In this document: positions 54,902-64,000 of the stretch, in pieces
Layout: each line of letters opens with the position of its first letter
Numbering within the stretch: the first letter of the stretch is position 1
Source: the human T2T-CHM13v2.0 reference genome, Homo sapiens
DNA: 64,000 nucleotides
Assembly: GCF_009914755.1 (NCBI RefSeq)
Contig: NC_060926.1
Direction: 5' to 3' (one strand)
The notes under the pieces: model-generated
The model's input: only the letters and a program-made list of their open reading frames with translations
Databases searched by the model: none
Told to the model about the DNA's origin: nothing
Made by a program: the position numbers and the translations under genes

Positions 54902-55600
54902 GAAGTGAGGAGCAACCAGCCTCATTCTCACTGTGGCTGGGTGTGGGCATGTCCTGGGCCCTCCCACAGCTCTAGGAATTGCCTGAGAGACAGACGAAGT
55001 GGACAAAGTCGCTGACAGACCTGAGTTACTGCCTTGGTCCTGGTGACCCTGCTCCAGGCAGTCCATCTCTGTCTGCGATCCCGGCACCACTCCCGGTGGT
55101 TCATTATTGCCCAGAGGGGCCTCTGGAGTGCAAGCCTCAAACAGGGAGACAGACCTGGGAAGACTCCATGAGGCTCCACAGCAACCAGACAGTTCTAAAG
55201 TCAGCGTCCCTGGCTTCCAGCTCCAACACTGGACATTCCCCCGTGGCTCCCCTGCCTGGGAATCTGGTGGAGGCTGATTGGGCAGCCCAGGGGATGCCGG
55301 TGGGGTGCGGGGAGGAAAGGCTGCAAGGGCAGCTTGGCTGGATCATGGAGGCCCGGGTGAGGCATTCGGACTTACTCTAAGGGCAAGAGAGTGAGAGACT
55401 GCAGCTTGGAGAGGACAGCGGTGCTTTGGAAGATGAATCTGGCTCGTTGTGCTGTAAGAAAAGGAGGGAGGAGAGCAGCTTTCTAGGTGACCTGGGGCTG
55501 TGACAGTAGGTATGAGGGACGTGAGGGGTCTGAGACAAGCAGTGAGGGTGCACTGCCCAGCCTTCCTGCTTGTGGGTTAGGAGCTGTCGGTGAGGATTCT
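54902..55600 (+). repeat. Direct duplication, copy B right part
   Basis: Matches 10540-11246 and starts exactly at the end of the LTR. Confidence 0.97.
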
Positions 55601-56088
55601 AAGGGTGTGACCCTTGATGATGAGGTGAATGTGTTATGGCTCACAGGAACAGGGAAGATGGGAGGAGGAGTGGGCTTACAGCAAAGAGAAGCGTTTTATT
55701 TTATTCAGCTTGGCCGTGAGACTTCTCTGTGGCGATAGGTGAGTTTGCCAAATCTGGAGCTCGAGAACCAAGTCAAGGCTGTAGCTGCATATTTAGGAGT
55801 AAAGGTAGAAATTGAAGTAATGGGAGGGAGTAAGAGTGTTGAAGATGGAAGTTTTTCATGCCAGAAATAAGCTGTTTAAGGAAATGACCAATCTCCTAGA
55901 AATCTCCAAGGCCTATGTTAAAACCATCCCTTACCCCTGCAAAGATACCATATGCACGTACCTCTAACATTGCCTGGTTTATGTCATGTGCACCTAACCA
56001 TTGCCCTAGCAGGTGGGCCTCTGTACAAAGGGAAGTAAATACTTGTTCCTGTAGAACCTCTGGTTTTGGATAATATAAATATTAACTT

Positions 56089-56943
<855 letters not shown>

Positions 56944-59900
56944 TGAGTGTTTTTGTTGTGAGTTTTAATCCCTACAGTGAAAAAGAACAGCTCCCTCTTG
57001 TTGGAGTGGCAGGGGTTGGCAATGCTCCCTTGCCTTTAGAGCGGAAGTCCATCCCCATGAGCTGGAGGCAGTGAAAGGTCAACCCCCAAGTCCATGGGTA
57101 GTCCCTTGGCAGCTGGGCGGAAACCAGCGAAGAGGCTGATATTTTGGAATGGCCGACGGCTCTATGGGTCCCAGGAAGATGAGCTAATTTGCTCACAGCG
57201 GGGCCACCAGGTCTGCTGCTTGCCTCGGTGGCTTCAGATGCTCTTTGAGCAGGCTGTGGCTCCCAGAGCTGAATAGGAGTGTAGGACTCACTCCCTTGGA
57301 TGGACTCACAGAGACTGAAGTGCAAGCCAGGTGCCATATGACGAATTCCCAGAGAAGTGGAGCTGCCCAAGGGAGGGCACATGCGCTCGGCCTCAGCGGC
57401 ATTAGTATGCCTTGATGGGCTCCTCAGCTGTCCGTTTCTGTCCATAACCTGGACGTCAGTGTGACTCCTCTCCCCCACCTCCCTGTCTCCCTCCCTTCCT
57501 CCTTCCCTCACTTATCCCCCTCTCCCATCTCTCCATCCATCCTCCCCCTCCACCATCCCCAGGCCCAGTGGAGGGTGACAGCTCACAGCCTGGGTCCTCC
57601 GTATCCATGCTGTGTTCTTTGTGCCCCGCCCTCCATCCGGGAGCAGCACTAGAAGGAAGGTCCTCAGCTCTTTAGGGACATTCCTGTCCTGGAGCCAAGG
57701 CCAGCACTGGCAGGGGTCCACGAACCTTGGCTGACTAGTCCTGTGGTCAGCCTTACCCTGTGGAGGCACAGAGCCAGAGGCCCTTGCTTCTGACTGGCTG
57801 CATTCCCATTGCACATGTGGGAATTGGGAAAGGCCGGGGACCTGCTCAGGCTCGCCTGGATGGCACTTCCCCAGCTCTCTGATGGGTTGTGGGGACACGG
57901 CACTTCTGGTCCAGGGAAGTGGCCCAGGACTTCCCATATCTGGGGCACAATGCTCCCATCCCACACTGGAGAATCAAGATTGCACTGCACGGAGGAATTT
58001 TTAAAGAATTTTCCTAATATGGGAGTGAGACCTTGATCCATGATGGCTCCCAGATACTCAGAGGATAGAGCCAGCCCCTTGCTGTCAGCACCAACTTCCA
58101 TCCTTAGAGCTGCCGCCTCTCCTAACCCCCCACTCAGAGTCCTGGCCCTGAGTCTGGCTTCCCCGGGCTGGGAGCCACGATGATCTCTGAAAACACCATC
58201 AGTGCTGGGAACTCAGAGGAGGTTTTGGGTGCTTTAGTTCCATGCATCTGCACCAGAGCTCCCTGGGCCCAGGCCCCACCTGATGGGCCCCATTCTCCCA
58301 CAACATGGGGTCTTGGTTCTGAACCTGCCCTGGGGCTGGCCCCTGCCCCTAGCTGCCTCTTTCTGGTCCCCAGCCCTGCACAGGAAGGCCATCTGCATAC
58401 CCGACCTTACCTATCATCCATCGGGAAGCTTTCCGATGCTACATGCTCACTGGTTTAAACTGTTGCTCCCCCCACAGCAGGCATCTCAGCCTCCAGCTGT
58501 TTGTCAGCTGCTTCACATGGCTTCCAGCTGCTGAGGCTGAAGAAAGCTGGAGGCTTCAGTGGATGCTTCTGCGGCAAAAAGCTTGCTGGGGAGAAGCAAG
58601 CAAGCACAAAAGAGCAAGTGCCTTCTCTCCTCCTGACCTCAGTCTCCTAGTGCCCCCTATTGGAAGAACCTGCCAGAACCAGCTGACCTGGGGACATGTA
58701 ATTTGCACAGATCAAGCCCCAGTAGCGCCAACCTGACAAGTGGAGATCTGGAGCCGAGACTGAATAGCCAATGGACAGCACAACGCCCTGCCCTCCTTTC
58801 CTTGCTTGGCAAGCTCTTGCCCCTGCTCCAGGCCTTAGCTCAGGTGTCATTTCTTCCAGGCAGCTCTCTCTGGACCAGTTGTCCCACTGTGGCTTCCCAC
58901 AGAGACATACACACGCTTCTATCCAGCACAGGATAGAAATGATCTCTTCATGCTTCTATCTCCCTTACTTGGCAATGAGCTTCTGGAGAAAAAGCGACTT
59001 TGTCTGTCAAGTTTTGTAATTCTCAGGGCTTACTGCATAGCTCTGTACATCTTTGTTGAGCCATAGCTCCTGCAGTTGTCAGCTCTCCCCGGAAGAAGGT
59101 TGAGGAGTAGGTGGAGCAGGATGGTTTTTCTTCAGGCTGTCTCTCATCCTGGGATTCCCAGGCACTGCCCCTTCATTCTCCGACAATAATAATGATTAAC
59201 ATTTGTTGAACCCCTGGCCGGCACCAGGCACAATTGTTCATACTTCCCATGTATCAACTCATTTAGTTTTCACAGATTTATGAACTGAGGTGCAGAGAAG
59301 TTAAGCGACTTGCCCAACGTTACACAGTGAGAAAATGGCAGAACCAGAACTTGAATCCAGGTAATCTGGGTTCCAGAGCCTGTGCCCTTAGCCCCTATGT
59401 TATTTTGTCCAAGGAGGATAGGAATCAGGAAAATGTGGCAAACTTATAATGCTGATGCCAACAATCAAAATAAGAAGCTTCCAGAAGAAGCTGCATAAGA
59501 TAGTGTCTCACAGCCATGGGTGGACATGTGACACAATTCAGGGCCCTCCCTGTGGTTGTTCAAGTTGGTAGTGACAGAGCAGAGAAGCTCCTCTTAGGAG
59601 GTGAAGTTGGCTCCAGGCTTGCGGAAGAAGAGACTGACTTGCAGAGAGATGCAGGGGTGAGAGGGAATGACAGCGCCTCCTCTCCCTGCCCTGGGTCTTG
59701 GGCCTCTGAGCTGGTGAATCCCCCTTTTGCATTGCCTCATTTAATGTCAGTTTCTCACATTTGTGACTAAAGAGGCCTAACTAATACCAACTTATAATTT
59801 ACAAAGTCCTGTCACAGGTCATTGATTCTTATGCCAGCATGAGGGGGCAGGCAGGGGGTCATATCCCCATTTCCAGAAGTGAAAACTGAGGCTTGGAACA

Positions 59901-61236
59901 GTTAAGTGACTTGCCAAGCAGCAAGTCAGTGGCAGAGCTGGCTGAGAAGCTGGTGCTTGGCCCCTCAGGCCAGGAGTCTGTCCTCTCCTCCGCCTTGTGC
60001 TCTCATGGGCGCTATGGAGAGGGGGTCTGGGTACCACCACCTGCCTCAGTACTCGTGGCTCGGAGCTTTGACCCGGCTGTGCTTCCTCTCATTCCTCTTG
60101 CTTTGTCTTGGGGCCTATGGGGCTGGGGGAAACAGGCACAGAGCTGGAGATGGCAGATTCTAGTACTACACACTCCACACCCCGACTTCCCATCCATGGA
60201 GCTCACAGGGAGAGGTTCCTGCAGCAGCTACAAGAACACCTCCCCCCTATACCAGCAACCAGGAAATCTCCCAGACAAACTGTGTACCCGGACTGTGGAG
60301 GCCACCCACCCCGCACCTCACCCACTCCTGGTACCTCCAGGGCCTGTAGGGAAGCTCCCCGCCCCCAAACCAGCTTTGGGGCTCTCTCTCTGGCCTGGGC
60401 CCCAGCTTCGTGGGGGAAGTTGGTGTAGCAGCCTCCTCTGGCCTGGGGGCTGGGAAACCTCAGGCACCTCTGCCTCCGCAGCTGGTAATCCAGCTTGGGC
60501 TTGCCAGAGGCCAGTCAGCTCCTCTTCTGAATCTGGATTAGAATCTTCTCGACCCTGGCAGGAAGAGCAGGAGGCCTGCGGTTGGAGGGCATTTCCTGTT
60601 TACTGCTGGTGTCAGTGTTGGTCTGAGAGGTCCACCCTTCTGTGGTTAAGTGAGCCCGGACATCTCCCACCCTCCCTTCAGGCCGACTCACATCCCTCGC
60701 CTGGTCCTTGTGAGAAGGTCTCTGCTTCCTCTGGTTCAGGGGAGCAGGTTACCATCTCCGGGTTTGCTCTCCTCCCCTTGCCTGGGCTGAAATGAGTCTT
60801 TCTAATGACAGCAGCAGTGGCCTGCCCTGTTGCCAAATTTAGCAAAAAAAAAGAAGAAGAAAGAAAAAAGAGAAAAAGGATGCAGGTTAAATTTGAATTT
60901 CAGATAAATAGCAAATAATGTTTTAGTGTTAGTAGTTCCTGTGTATTATCTGCGGATCCTAAATGAGGCTGGACCCCAGGGAGATGAAGTGTCTTCTGGG
61001 ATCTGATGATGAGCAACACAGGATTCCAGCCACTCAGCCGAAGACTCTATGCCCCCAACAGTCTGCCAGCCAGTCAAGCTTGGCCACTGTGGCTGGCTGT
61101 GTCTATCCTGCTGTGACTCCTGTCCTGTGATCATAGGTGTTCCCCCTGTAGGTTGTGAGATGGGGAGATAATGATTTAACCCCACCTCAAAGAGAGGCAG
61201 ACACTCCCAAGCAGTGATTTTCAAAGTTTGGTCACA

Positions 61237-61263
61237 CAGCAGCAGCAGCAGCAGCAGCAGCAG
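61237..61263 (+). repeat. (CAG)9
   Basis: Read directly from the sequence. Confidence 0.98.
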
Positions 61264-61267
61264 CATC

Positions 61268-62394
<1,127 letters not shown>

Positions 62395-62788
62395 GCATCA
62401 CCTTGGACCTTGTGAGAAAAGTGCATTTTCTTGGGCCCTGATCAGACCTACTGGATCAGAAACCCTGGGAGCGAGGCTCAGAATCTGAGTTTGGGAAAAC
62501 CCTGCAGGTGATTCTGCTAAGAGTTAAGTTTGCTGCTTTTAAAATGAACATTAGAGAAAAGGGAGCTCAAAGTCCTTGACTTAGTTCTCTTATCTTTTAT
62601 TGGAATATTCTTGGGTTTCATTGAGCACCTAATTTGGTTTCATCTACTATAAGTGGGTGTCAAACACTTGGTCTTCTAAATAGCCTGGATTTTGGGGTGA
62701 GGGGGGAGTGTAGAGGGAGATGAGGGTTGAGGCAGAGTCTTGAGGATTGCCCGAGCCACACCATCCACTTCCATGTGCTAAGGGATGA

Positions 62789-63149
62789 CTGATATGGTTT
62801 GGCTCTGTGTCCCCACCCAAATCTCACCTTGAGCTGTAATAATCCCCATGTGTCAAGGGTGGAACCAGGTGGAAATAATTCAGTCATGGGGGTGGTTTTC
62901 CCCATGCTGTTCTCGTGATAGTGAGTTCTCACGAGATCTGATGGTTTTATAAGGGGCATCCCCCCTTAGCTTGGCACTCATTCTCCCTCCTGCTGCCCTG
63001 TGAAGAGGTGCCTTCCACCGTGACTGTATAAGTTTTCTGAGGCCTCCGCAGCCAGCTGTGTAGAACTGTGAGTCAATGAAAACTCTCTTCTTTATAAATT
63101 ACCCAGTCTCAGGTATTTCTTCCTAGTAGCATGATAACTGACTAATACA
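62789..63149 (+). mobile_element. THE1 solo LTR
   Basis: TGATATGGTTTGGCTCTGTGTCCCCACCCAAATCTC...GACTAATACA. Confidence 0.9.
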
Positions 63150-64000
63150 ATGACCTTGGTTTAATCAGGCAACTTTTAGAGTCATATCTTCCTCTAGTCA
63201 GCCAGGCTGGAGCTGGCTGTTAATCTACTTGGGCACCCTCTACCATGCTCTCCTCCACTCTACCCGACTTTCCCTGTTTCTAAAACATTTTACTGCTCAG
63301 TCCAAGGCTCCTGGTTTTCTTGCTGGTTCTGTCTCCCACTGTATAGCATTCATAAACAAGTCTCTACCACTCTAGGCCTCAGTTTCCTCATCTGAAAGAC
63401 AAAAAGCTTAAGCCTGGGCTTCCAGGGAAATTGCAAGGATGGAATACGAATTGGGCGGGGGGTGGGTAGTTGTTAAAATTATATATTTACTCCCTTTTGT
63501 GGCCACGGACATCTGGAAATCATGTGTCACTAGAAGGGTGGGAAAGGCTGAGCGGACTGTGCCAGGCCCATCCACTGGACGACACGAAAGGGCTCTGGGG
63601 CAGGGCCCGGCTGCAGCTGCCAGCACCTCTGCCTGGGGCATGTGATCCTCTAGACCTATGGACGGGGAGGTGTCAGTGATGGGAGAAGCTGCCATGTGAG
63701 GTTTCCTGCCAGTCCCAATGGAGAATCACAGTGCAGGCCCTTGGGTACTGGAGTGAAGCCGTGGCCTCTGCAGTGGAGAACTAAATGCCTCTTGAACAAC
63801 TGGCATGCTTCTGGGCCCTACGATAGACTGATCACCTGAGCATGGGACACCAAGTGACCATGAAGCTGAAACTGCCCATTGTGAACTGAGTCATATCAGA
63901 ACCACCAAATCAGAGTGCAGCAGGCCCAGCTGCAGGCCATAGTGAGACAGAAGAGGCACGCCTGGAACTGGGCATGAACAGGACTGGAGGGTACAAGCAA

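Noticed and set aside
59893-60795. Longest ORF in the track (300 aa)
   Set aside because: Non-ATG start inside MIR-like sequence, Pro/Ser/Trp-rich with no recognisable domain or splice context; consistent with a chance ORF in GC-rich DNA.

Overview
Repeat-rich primate (human-like) genomic DNA with no intact protein-coding gene that I can support. The only gene-derived sequence is a six-exon unitary pseudogene of an SLC7 light-subunit amino acid transporter on the + strand (about 21951-32169). I recognise it as SLC7A15P (arpAT), which from general knowledge lies at 2p24 between PUM2 and RHOB; that location cannot be verified here. It carries stop codons, frameshifts, an exonic Alu, damaged splice sites and a nearly deleted exon 5. 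The rest is Alu, L1, MaLR/ERV LTRs and DNA-transposon fossils, a 3'-truncated 5S rRNA retropseudogene, and a 15.5-kb nested ERV1 (MER57-like) provirus (39428-54901). The most interesting unexplained structure is an old direct duplication (about 9760-11246 versus 39040-39427 plus 54902-55600). One copy was split by the provirus, the other keeps the empty site, and the copies share a 202-bp perfectly identical core that points to recent gene conversion. Also notable are a ~440-bp inverted templated insertion inside an Alu just upstream of the pseudogene, and three TSD-flanked retroinsertions that lack poly(A) tails. Repeat subfamily names were recognised by eye and need RepeatMasker/Dfam confirmation.
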